Below, in pieces: positions 1 through 10,485 of a DNA stretch of 28,022 bases. The DNA is from Chiloscyllium plagiosum (lineage: Eukaryota). The DNA lies in contig NC_057752.1 in assembly GCF_004010195.1 (NCBI RefSeq), positions 10,699,631 through 10,727,652 of the forward strand, given 5' to 3'. The notes under the pieces were generated by a model, which was not told where the DNA came from, made no database searches, and saw only the letters and a program-made list of their open reading frames with translations. The translations under genes and the position numbers were made by a program. How positions within the stretch are numbered: position 1 is the stretch's first letter; each line of letters starts with the position of its first letter.

Positions 1-905
1 TTTCTTTAGTCATCCAGCATTCCCTATACCTACCAGCCTTTCCATTCACCCCAACAGGAATATACTTTCTCTGGACTCTTGTTATCTCATTTCTGAAGGC
101 TTCCCATTTTCTAGCCGTCCCTTTATCTGCAAATGGTTGCCCCCAATCAGCTTTTGAAAGGTCTTGCCTAATACCGTCAAAATTGGCCTTTCTCCAATTT
201 AGAACTTCAACTTTTAGATCTGCCCTATCCTTTCCCATCACTATTTTAAATCTAATAGAAATATGATCGCTGGCCCCAAAGTGCTCCCCCACTGACACCT
301 CAGTCACCTGCCCTGCCTTATTTCCCAAGAGTAGGTCAAGTTTACATCTTCTCCAGTAGTACATCCACATACTGAATCAGAAAATTGTCTTGTATAAGAC
401 AAATTCCTCTCCATCTAAACCTTTACACTATGGCAGTCCCAGTCAATGTTTGGAAAGTTAAAATCCCCTACCATAACCACCCTATTATTCTTACAGATAG
501 CTGAGATCTCCTTACAAATTTGTTTCTCAATTTCCCTCTTACTATTGGGGGGTCTATAATACAATCCCAATAAGGTGATCGTCCCTTTCTTATTTCTCAG
601 TTCCACCCAAATAACTTCCCTGGATATATTTCCGGGAATATCCTCCCTCAGTACAGCTGTAATACTATCCCTGATCAAAAACACCACTCCCCCATCTCTC
701 TTGCCTCCCTTTCTGTCCTTCCTGTAATATTTGTATCCTGGAACATTAAGCTGCCAGTCCTATCTAAGCCTGAGGCATGTTTCTGTAATTGCTATGATAT
801 CCTAGTCCCATGTTCTTAACCATGCCCTGAGTTCATCTGCCTTCCCCGTTCGGCCCCTTGCATTGAAATAAATGCAGTTTAATTTATCAGTCTGACCTTG
901 TTCTC
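1..905 (-). mobile_element. CR1 LINE ORF2 fragment (APE endonuclease region)
   Basis: ORF 415-687: EVIWVELRNKKG..LLGLYYRPP..VMVGDFNFPNIDW. Further endonuclease motifs (LDLLLGN, SDH) toward coordinate 260. Confidence 0.92.
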
Positions 906-1285
906 TGCTTCCTTTGGAAATCCATATACACAATTCTTTTGACTCTGTACCTCATGATTTTCTCCAAGGACTCTATTAAATTTGTCTGGTACACACCGCC
1001 TTTTAACAAATCCATTTTAATTAAAGGGCTGGCTGCCTTAATTAACCTACAGCTTTCTAGGTGAGGAGCAGTTTTATTTTGTTTTGTAATCTAAAGCAAC
1101 CTAGTCACAAATTATGCTAGACTGGTTGAGTTACCGTTACCTAGCTTATCCCCTTTTGGGCATATGTGTTACATTGGTGACAACAACTGAAGATCTGTCA
1201 TGACCTGACTTACAGATATGTATACCTGATGGAGAACAAGAATGAATAAGCCTACCCATTGGGGTTTTGAATGAGTAGGGATCAA

Positions 1286-2512
1286 AGAAACATAGAAAAT
1301 AGGTGCAGCAGTTGGCCATTCAGCCCTTCAAACCTGCCCCACCATTCAATATGATCATGGCTGATCATGCAGTCTCAGTATCCCACTCCTGCTTTGTCCC
1401 CATACTGCTTGATCTCTTGTAACCACAAGGGCCACATCCAGCTCCCCCTTGAACATACCTAACAAACTGGCCCCAACTGCTTTCTGTGGGAGAGAATTCC
1501 ACAGGTTCACAGTTCTGAGTGAAGGAAGTCTTCTTCATCTCAGTCCTGAATGCCTTACTCCTTGCATCTTCCACTGTGACCCCTAGTTCTGGACTTTCCC
1601 AACATTGGGAACATTTTTCCTGCATCTAGCCTGTCCAGTCCCATCAGGATTTTATATGTTTCTGTGAGACCCCTCTTCATTCTTCTAAATTCCACCAAGT
1701 ACAAGCCCAGTCTATCCAGTCTTTCCTCATCTGTCAGTCCTTCCATCCCAGGAATCAGTCTGGTGAATCTTCGCTGGACTCCCTGAATAGCAAGAATATC
1801 CTTCCTCAGACTAAGAGACCAAAAGTGCACACAATACTCAAGAATTGGCCTCACCAAGGCCCTGTATAACTGCAGCAAGACATCCCTACTCCGATGCTCA
1901 AATCCTCTCACTATGAAGACCAGCACGCCATTAGCTTTCCACACTACCTGCAATACCTGCATGCCAACGTTCAATGACTGTTCCCCCATGACACCCAGGT
2001 CTTGTTGCATCTCACCTTTTCCAAAACTGCCACCATTTAGATAATAATCTGCCTTCCTGTTTTTGCAATCAAAGTGGATAACCTCGCATTTATCTACATT
2101 ATTAGACTGGATTAGGTTCCAGATAGTGTGGAAACAGGCCATTCAGCTCAACAAGTCCACACCGACCCTCCGAGGAGTAACATACCCAGACACATTACCC
2201 TACCCTATATTTACCCCTGACTAATACACCTAATGCCATGGGAAAGTTAGCATGGCCAATTCACCTGATCTGCACATCTTTGGACTGTGGGAGGAAACCG
2301 GAGCACCCAGAGGAAACCCACGCAGACATGTGGCAAACTCCACACAGACAGTCGCCTGAGGGTGGAATCAAACCCAGGCCCCTGGCGCAGTGAGGCAGCA
2401 GTGCTAACCACTGAGCCACCGTGCCGCCCCAAGTTATAGCGCATTTCCCAAGTATTTGCCCACTCAGCCAACCTGTCCAAGTCACCCTGCAGCTTCTAAG
2501 CATCCTCCTCAC
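1286..2512 (-). mobile_element. CR1 LINE 3' portion (RT C-terminus + 3' UTR + microsatellite tail), interrupted by a SINE at 2101-2430
   Basis: ORF 1555-2142: KCEVIHF..DLGV..LYRALVRPILEYCVHFWS..VQRRFTRLIPG. Tail 'aaacatagaaaatagg' at about 1288. RT continues at 2434-2512 (DRLAEWANTWEM). Confidence 0.92.
2101..2430 (-). mobile_element. tRNA-derived V-SINE (HE1-like shark SINE)
   Basis: Minus-strand head GGGCGGCACGGTGGCTCAGTGGTTAGCACTG (A box), GGTTTGATTCC (B box), V-domain GTCTGCGTGGGTTTCCTCTGGGTGCTCCGGTTTCCTCCCACAGTCCAAAGA, CR1-like tail. Confidence 0.9.
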
Positions 2513-2679
2513 AGAAATATGCTCTTTGGAGCAAAGAAATTGCATGGTCCAGAGCTTCTTACATGGAGCCCCACATGGGTAAAATTTTCCTCTGTATTCC
2601 CCTGAGAAATGGGAAATTAACTTCAAAAATCATGAAAGCTACTGGCTTTGGACAACTTGATCAGAAAACTTAACGAGGC

Positions 2680-2975
2680 AGCCGCATCAGAACAGAAAGA
2701 TGCTATTATAGATCAGTGGGTCAAAGACAGCACACACTGGAGTCAATGGGAAAAACAGCACTATTTCTCCTGCTGAGTTTCAAGTCTGGAATCAAGGTAG
2801 ATTGGTGCCTGAATCAATACAAACCCATGCAGGAGAGGTGGCTATTTCTATTCAAGATGTTCCAGTACAGTGCTTACTCTAGCATCTACCTAACAATGTG
2901 GATGATTGCTCTGGTTCATTCTATCCACAACAAAAGGGGAAATTTAACCCAATCAATTACTGCCCAGTCCAACAC
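2680..2975 (+). mobile_element. Old non-LTR (CR1-clade) RT fragment
   Basis: Degenerate 'MFQYSAYSSIYLTMWMIALVHSIH / KGKFNPINYCPV', matching the RT N-terminal W..A.V.P..K..P.NYRPI motif. Confidence 0.65.
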
Positions 2976-3078
2976 GATGGTATCAACAAGCAACAGCCAT
3001 TCATCAATACTCAATTTGCATTTCACCAGAACTGCACAGAATCTTCATGGATCAGATCCTCACTTGCATCTACATTTT

Positions 3079-3715
3079 TAATCACACAACATCAGATTAT
3101 AGTCCAATAGGTTTATTTGGAAGCACGAGATTTTGGAGTGCTGCTCCTTCATCAGGTGGCTGTGATTTAAAGATTTACAGTGAGATGTAACTGAAATTAT
3201 ATATTGAAGAATACCTGGATTGTTTGTTAAGTCTCTCATCGCTTAGAATGGGCACATTGATTTCAGTTCTTTCATATGCAAATGCAAGAACTTAAAAGTT
3301 ACATTCTCAAGTGAACTTTAACAATAGGTGCCATGTTGGCCCAGATAATGTATTGAAGGTGTGAAGTGCCCTGTATGAGACTGTCTGTGCCCCAACGTTC
3401 AGACTGATTCCAATCTAAGGGATTTATAGAATCTTACATGGATTCATGCAGTTTTTGAGCAAAATGAAATGTAATTCTCCAAGTATAACTTCACCCCACC
3501 CCATTGTGTGTGTGCACAATGTGGGTGCGTGTGTGTGTATGGGGGGGATGAGTGTCAATGAGAGAATCTGTGTGTATGTGTGAGAGTGTAAAGGGTATAC
3601 GTCTGAGAGGGTGCGTGAGTGTGGGAGTGTATGTGTGAGCATACGAGAAAGAGCTTGTGTATGAGAGAGGGCATGCATGAGCGTGTGCGTTCGTCTCTCT
3701 CGCTCTCTGTCGGCT
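3079..3715 (-). mobile_element. Penelope-like-derived non-autonomous element with (TG/GA)n tract
   Basis: Terminus 'aatcacacaacatcagattatagtccaataggtttatttggaagcac...ctgctccttcatcaggtgg' (hammerhead-like core plus AATAAA on the minus strand), followed by a TG/AG-rich low-complexity tract at 3505-3715. Confidence 0.65.
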
Positions 3716-3739
3716 CTCATTACCCATTCATTCTACCAG

Positions 3740-4035
3740 CCTCACTGTAACTGCAATATGCATTGGCTCCAACACACACTGTTCCAATTCAACAAGGTGA
3801 CAGCATTTTACTCTTTTCCAACCTCTCCATTTCAGAAAACTGAAGGCAGGGATGCCATGGGAACATTATTCTAATCTTCCTACCGACTCTCATTCTATCC
3901 TGTCCCAGGCCTCTGTCATCTTTCTTCTACCACCACTGGGTCAAAATCGTGAGATTCCCTGCTAAACTTTGGGGAGTACCACTACTACGTGGGCATCAAC
4001 AGTTCAAGGAATCAGCACCACATCAAGGAAATCAG
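3740..4035 (+). mobile_element. 3' end of an old CR1-clade LINE (possibly the same insertion as 2680-2975)
   Basis: 'ctgggtcaaaatcgtgagattccct...cagttcaaggaatcagcaccac' resembles the recurrent shark LINE 3' end. Confidence 0.55.
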
Positions 4036-4931
4036 ATGGACAAGAAATGCAGATTTGAATTTATAACAATATTCCACAGAAACCGGTTTAAAATAAAACT
4101 GTTTCCCCACACAGATGAGGAATGCCTTTTGGCCAATGAGCTTTTCCTGTAATAATGGAGGTTATCAGCGTACATTAAATTCTGTCTGTTTGGAGGTGCA
4201 CAGAACCAGACATGGGCATCTCCGGGTGTTGAAGGAATCAAGTTTGAATATTCTTGCAGCCCAGTTTTGCGTTTCACTGGATTTGTCCAGTGGTGAACTC
4301 TTATATAAATGTTGCTGCAAGCTTTACACCCTGTGTTGATGGAACACAGCAAAAACAGATGCTGTGCATCTTCGTCACTGGGAAGGATTTACAACATTTG
4401 ATATCGATACATATCTTAAACCCTGAAGTCAGTCTCAACCAAAAGTCAGAGGACTCAAAAAAAAAGCCAGGACACAGCAAGTAATGCCTGGAGCAAAATG
4501 CATTTCACTAAGGTAAGAAACTCAAAAACTTTCAACTTGGGAATGTGCTTGACTGAAATAAATTAAACTGCGAGCAAAAGGACTGAAATGGAACTTTGTT
4601 TTCTAGTGTGACAGGTAACAATAAGATCTCCTGATGTTAGAAGAAATACAACAAAGGCACAGAGATTAAGTGGTCGCCAACTGGAAGCTATGCATGGTGC
4701 AAGGACTTGAAAAAGGCAGTGTCTCAAAGGCTTGTGCTTCTGTTTTAGAACCCCTGGAGGATGAGAGAATTTCCTTCAGATATGGAGAATAAGTTCCATC
4801 TGTTACTAGATATTAGTATAATCATACTGCAAACTCTTGTGGCAGAAATCAAGTACTGCAACACTACAGTCTTACAGAATTGTCCAAACAGAAAGAGATT
4901 CAGAACTTTTCAGTTAGACATCAATTAATGA

Positions 4932-5149
4932 TTAGTGTTGAGAGTGTGGTGCTGGAAAAGCACAGCAGGTCAGGCAGCATCTGAGAAGTAGGAGAATTAA
5001 TATTTCAGACATAAGCCCTTCATCAGGAAGCTTATGCCTGAAACATCGATTCTCCTTCCCCTCGGATGCTGCCTGACCTGCTGTGCTTTCCCAGCACCAC
5101 ACTCTTGACTCTGATCTCCAGCAGCTGCAGTCCTCACTTACGCTTAATA
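4932..5149. mobile_element. Palindromic Penelope-type short element (inverted arms 4941-5016 / 5030-5105)
   Basis: agagtgtggtgctggaaaagcacagcaggtcaggcagcat...ataagc is the near reverse complement of gcttat...atgctgcctgacctgctgtgctttcccagcaccacactct. Flanked by AATTAATGA on both sides (4923-4931, 5150-5158). Confidence 0.8.
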
Positions 5150-5319
5150 AATTAATGACGAGCCATCAGAGGACATTACAAGGACTCTGCCCATACCATT
5201 TACAGTATAAGGCTCAACTTTTTGAGTAAATTAAAATGCAGTAATATGTATTTGTTGTTACTGTAATCCTCTTTACATTGCTCAGTGATTTCAGGTTTGA
5301 GAACTTCAGCATTGTCATA

Positions 5320-5400
5320 GATAGGCATAGAGATCAACAGCACAGGAAAAGGCTCTTTGGCCCAACAAGTCTGTACCGATCAAAAACAACCAGCTAATTG
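5320..5400 (-). mobile_element. Short CR1 3' tail fragment
   Basis: 'catagagatcaacagcacaggaaaaggctctttggcccaac' is a typical CR1 3' terminus in reverse orientation. Confidence 0.55.
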
Positions 5401-7424
5401 AACCATAGCCTTGTGCTGCAAAGGTCTTTGTAAAATGGCTAATAAACAAGGACATTCATTTGTTGTTTTCACAGTAAAGAAGAATGGAAGCATGTAATGT
5501 AATCCCCAAAACAGTGGCAAAAATCTTATGCCCCTCCATAATAAAGATGGATATTCATTTATTGAACGATTGTAAATTAAATGAGCCAAATACACATACA
5601 CAGCATTTCTCGATTAGAGTATTGGCAACAATTTTGCACCAAAAATCTTTGATTTCCAGCTGTGTATGTCCACAAAGAGCAGGTCCTACAACTTGGATTC
5701 AAATGACTTGTTCAGTTCCCAGCAGTCCAATGGTCCTAAGTATTCACTTTCACCCAAGACAACAGATTCCATAAAGTTATATTCAGAACCACTGTCCTTC
5801 ACTGTGATATGCTAGGAAGAATAAAGGATAACTTTATAATACAGTGGAGCCTTCTTATAATCATACCAAATTTGCAGATGCTGGATTGAGAAGTGCTTGA
5901 TTCTATGTTAAAACTGGTATGCCCCAAAAGGTGTATAATCTCAAAATCTGCTATTGGAGAGTTCTCAGTAACACCTTCCTGGGTGCAAGCAAAATCTCTC
6001 AGCCTTCGGGAGGTTCCATATTAATAATCAGTTTGAAAGGCTGCATAAGTCATTTAACTGTACCTAACCCTACGGACAGGATGGCAGTTTTGCCCCAGTT
6101 ATGACTGAGAGATACAATGGGAAGAGCAGAAACACGACTATTTTGTTTGCAAATAGACTGCCACAATAGCACTGCCCATCTATGGTGGCATGTTTATGTA
6201 TGTGCTAAGCCTGTGGCTTTTCTCAAACTAATTCAGTTTAGCTTTACTTTGTGAACAATGCTTAAGTAATGAAGAATGATACAGTGCTTCTCCTCTTTCC
6301 CAACGAGCTCCCCAGCAAGTCAGGATTCAGTGAGTCAGAGGTTGGGAGAAATCCTGAGTCACAACAAAGCTTTCCTGACAGGGAAACTGTCCTATAGTGA
6401 TAGATGATGAGACAACTTTGACAGGCTGAGCTTTACATTGGCCTTCCATTTAGACAGGAAGCACTCTTGTTTTTCAGAAACATTGCAGAAACTGTCTGAG
6501 AATTGCGTCATTGTACCATGAAGGTTTGGAGCAACTTTTCACCTATTGACTGAAGGATAGTTGCCAAAGGTCGTGTGCCAGCCCACCCATCCATATCCAA
6601 GGCAAGAATTACTGCAGCGCTTTTGATTTTTCCAAAGAGTCACAGTGGTTGATTTCAATTTCACTTGTAACTAACTGTGCAGACCTTTGACGAACAACCC
6701 AGCTTCGTGGGCATAATGACAGTGTTTTTCTCACTGTAAAACATACATGACAATAAAATAAAACTTTTAAAAATGCCATTTTGGCAAGAGGGATCTGTCC
6801 AGGTAAACCGGTTAACAATGCATCTGTGCTTGGTGTCATAGCCCAAAAACTTGGCATAATAGTATTAGGCGATGGATTTTACATGTCAAGTAAGAAGGTC
6901 ACCACCAGAGATATCCCGTCAGCTCACAGTACAATCTGCCAACATCATGGTGAATAGATTTGGGTAACTTCAGTATGCTTGCCCAGGCATAACCAGAATG
7001 CTCATGAAAGAGGGCATGAGAAACCCATTAAGTTAGTGGTTGTAGTCTACGCGCAATCTGGACAAAACAATTCTACCTCCAGTGTCACAGCAGCTTAACA
7101 TGAACAAACAGAGGTTTTGAGTGATCTGCATCTGAAGACCTTTGTAAATTCTTAGCTCTGGTCAAGATGGCCTGTCTTCCAGCATTGCCTCCTCCTCTTC
7201 AGGTGAATCCTGGGCCTTGGTGCCTATGCACTAAAAGAAGAACCCACAGATTCCTTTGCGAGAGAAACTTGAAATTACCCTCAGGTAGGAGAGATAGTGG
7301 CCAAACTTAATTCACTAGGATGCAAATGGGTTTGTTGAGGGATTCATATCAGTCATGTGTATTGCTCCCCAGTATTTAACCTTTCCACCCCAACTATCCA
7401 CCCGATCCATGTCTCTCATCATTT

Positions 7425-7505
7425 TACATAGTTGGCTCTGCTATAATGCATGTTTGTTCAACGCAAATTAGCTTGAGCGCGTTTGAAGAATTTAAACCCA
7501 TTAAT
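7425..7505. mobile_element. Tc1/mariner (Tigger/pogo-like) MITE terminal fragment
   Basis: 'tacatagttggctctgctataatgc...ttcaacgc..' resembles TA-flanked pogo/Tigger-type termini with repeated TATAACGC-like motifs. Degenerate. Confidence 0.4.
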
Positions 7506-7604
7506 GCCGATTTCTCTCCACTGATGCTGCAAGGCTGGCTGAGCTTTTCCAGCAAATTCTATTTTTGTCTCTGATTTACAGCGTCTGCAGTTCTTTCAGT
7601 TTTT

Positions 7605-7940
7605 AAATGTTTCCTCATCTTAGTCCTATCCTACACCCAGAGGCTGTTAGCCCTGGTACTACATTACCCCCAACCAGGGGAAACCTCCTTCTGTGCATCC
7701 AGTCTGTCCAGCTGTTAGAATTTTATACCTTTCAAGCATATCCTTTCTTCTCCTTTTAGCTCTCATGACTATAGGGCTGGTCGAACTAATCTCTCTTGAC
7801 AAAGCAGCTGTCCTCCCCACTATCAGCCTGGTGAACCTCTGCTGCAATCTCGGGTAATAATATACTTCCTTAGGCAGGAAGCCAAAACTGCAGGCAATAA
7901 CCCAGGTGTGGTCTCACCAAGACCCTGTATGACACCCCTT
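7605..7940 (-). mobile_element. CR1 RT C-terminal fragment
   Basis: ORF 7659-7847 QQRFTRLIVG..YKILT; LVRPHLGY motif near 7900. Confidence 0.8.
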
Positions 7941-7957
7941 CATCTGAATTCAAACTT

Positions 7958-10120
7958 AGAGTGAGAGCACAGTGAGGCCAATGGGAAGATCAATGTGAGG
8001 TAGTAGCACAGAGCGAGAGCACAGTGAGGCCAATGGGAAGATCAATGTGAGGTAGCAGCACAGAGCGAGAGCACAGTGAGGCCAATGGGAAGATCAATGT
8101 GAGGTAGCAGCACAGAGCGAGAGCACAGTGAGGCCAATGGGAAGATCAATGTGAGGTAGCAGCACAGAGTGAGAGCACAGTGAGGCCAATGGGAAGATCA
8201 ATGTGAGGTAGCAGCACAGAGCGAGAGCACAGTGAGGCCAATGGGAAGATCAATGTGAGTTAGTAGCACAGAGCGAGAGCACAGTGAGGCCAATGGGAAG
8301 ATCAATGTGAGGTAGTAGCACAGAGCGAGAGCATAGTGAGGCCAGTGGGAAGATCAATGTGAGGTAGCAGCACAGAGCGAGAGCACAGTGAGACCAATGG
8401 GAAGATCAATGTGAGGTAGCAGCACAGAGCGAGAGCACAGTGAGACCAATGGGAACATCAATGTGAGATAGTAGCACAGAGTGAGAGCACAGTGAGGCCA
8501 ATGGGAACATCAATGTGAGGTAGTAGCACAGAGTGAGAGCACAGTGAGGCCAATGGGAACATCAATGTGAGGTAGTAGCACAGAGTGAGAGCACAGTGAG
8601 GCCAATGGGAACATCAATGTGAGGTAGTAGCACAGAGCGAGAGCACAGTGAGACCAATGGGAACATCAATGTGAGATAGTAGCACAGAGTGAGAGCACAG
8701 TGAGGCCAATGGGAACATCAATGTGAGGTAGTAGCACAGAGTGAGAGCACAGTGAGGCCAATGGGAACATCAATGTGAGGTAGTAGCACAGAGTGAGAGC
8801 ACAGTGAGGCCAATGGGAACATCAATGTGAGGTAGTAGCACAGAGTGAGAGCACAGTGAGGCCAATGGGAACATCAATGTGAGGTAGTAGCACAGAGTGA
8901 GAGCACAGTGAGGCCAATGGGAACATCAATGTGAGGTAGTAGCACAGAGCGAGAGCACAGTGAGACCAATGGGAACATCAATGTGAGATAGTAGCACAGA
9001 GTGAGAGCACAGTGAGGCCAATGGGAACATCAATGTGAGGTAGTAGCACAGAGTGAGAGCACAGTGAGGCCAATGGGAACATCAATGTGAGGTAGTAGCA
9101 CAGAGTGAGAGCACAGTGAGGCCAATGGGAACATCAATGTGAGGTAGTAGCACAGAGTGAGAGCACAGTGAGGCCAATGGGAACATCAATGTGAGGTAGT
9201 AGCACAGAGTGAGAGCACAGTGAGGCCAATGGGAACATCAATGTGAGGTAGTAGCACAGAGCGAGAGCACAGTGAGACCAATGGGAACATCAATGTGAGA
9301 TAGTAGCACAGAGTGAGAGCACAGTGAGGCCAATGGGAACATCAATGTGAGGTAGTAGCACAGAGTGAGAGCACAGTGAGGCCAATGGGAACATCAATGT
9401 GAGGTAGTAGCACAGAGTGAGAGCACAGTGAGGCCAATGGGAACATCAATGTGAGGTAGTAGCACAGAGTGAGAGCACAGTGAGGCCAATGGGAACATCA
9501 ATGTGAGGTAGTAGCACAGAGTGAGAGCACAGTGAGGCCAATGGGAACATCAATGTGAGGTAGTAGCACAGAGCGAGAGCACAGTGAGACCAATGGGAAC
9601 ATCAATGTGAGATAGTAGCACAGAGTGAGAGCACAGTGAGGCCAATGGGAACATCAATGTGAGGTAGTAGCACAGAGCGAGAGCACAGTGAGGCCAATGG
9701 GAAGATCAATGTGAGGTAGTAGCACAGAGTGAGAGCACAGTGAGGCCAATGGGAACATCAATGTGAGGTAGTAACACAGAGTGAGAGCACAGTGAGGCCA
9801 ATGGGAACATCAATGTGAGGTAGTAGCACAGAGCGAGAGCACAGTGAGGCCAATGGGAAGATCAATGTGAGGAAGTAGCACAGAGTGAGAGCACAGTGAG
9901 GCCAATGGGAACATCAATGTGAGGTAGTAGCACAGAGCGAGAGCACAGTGAGGCCAATGGGAAAATCAATGTGAGGTAGCGGCACAGAGTGAGAGCACAG
10001 TGAGACCAATGGGAAGATCAATGTGAGGTAGTAGCACAGAGCGAGAGCACAGTGAGGCCAATGGGAAGATCAATGTGAGGTAGCAGCACAGAGTGAGAAC
10101 GCAGTGAGACCAACGGGAAG
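7958..10120. repeat. 52-bp minisatellite, about 41 copies, consensus GAGCACAGTGAGGCCAATGGGAA(C/G)ATCAATGTGAGGTAG(T/C)AGCACAGAG(T/C)GA
   Basis: GAGCAC unit starts at 7965, 8017 ... 10045 (exactly 40 x 52), so there is no net indel. Only a few substitution variants; degenerate unit at about 10097. Confidence 0.98.
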
Positions 10121-10254
10121 GTAAAAGACTTGTAGCAGTACAGAGTTAGAGCAGAGAGAGCCCAGTGGGATGATTGAAAATAAAGGCAGGAGCTCAGGCA
10201 TGGCAAGGGGCAGTACAGTGCTAGGACCTCGGGGTTTTGGATATTGAATTAGAG

Positions 10255-10485
10255 TAACATTTCAAACTTTTCCAGTGATAACAAACTGAAAGCTATTGCA
10301 GATAGTGATACTCATGGACAGCAACAATACATAGTCTCGCAGAATGGCCAGACAACCGAAAGCTGAATTTTCAGCCAGAGAAGTGAAAGGTGATGCATTT
10401 TGGCAGAAGTGGTAAGGAGAGGCAATATAGACTTTTAATGGCAAAGTTCTCAAGTGCATGTGCAGGGGTAGAGCGACCTGTTGGA
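10255..10485 (+). mobile_element. Old CR1 RT fragment
   Basis: Decayed 'SKFADDTKL ... LAEW ... KCEVMHFG ... RDL' region (ttcaaacttttccagtgataacaaactg; aagtgaaaggtgatgcattttggc). Confidence 0.7.

Noticed and set aside
3424..3727. His/Thr-rich ORFs
   Set aside because: Translation of a (CA/TG)n low-complexity tract.
5790..5860. Possible miR-128 paralog (TCACAGTGAA on the minus strand near 5798-5807)
   Set aside because: Only the first 10 nt match, the 3' half differs, and there is no compact hairpin with the upstream sequence.
7958..10120. CRISPR array, let-7 precursor cluster, or repeat-encoded protein
   Set aside because: There are no unique spacers or cas genes and the context is eukaryotic. 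The let-7 match stops at 11 nt with no pre-miRNA hairpin. The 52-nt period brings recurring stops, so there is no long ORF.
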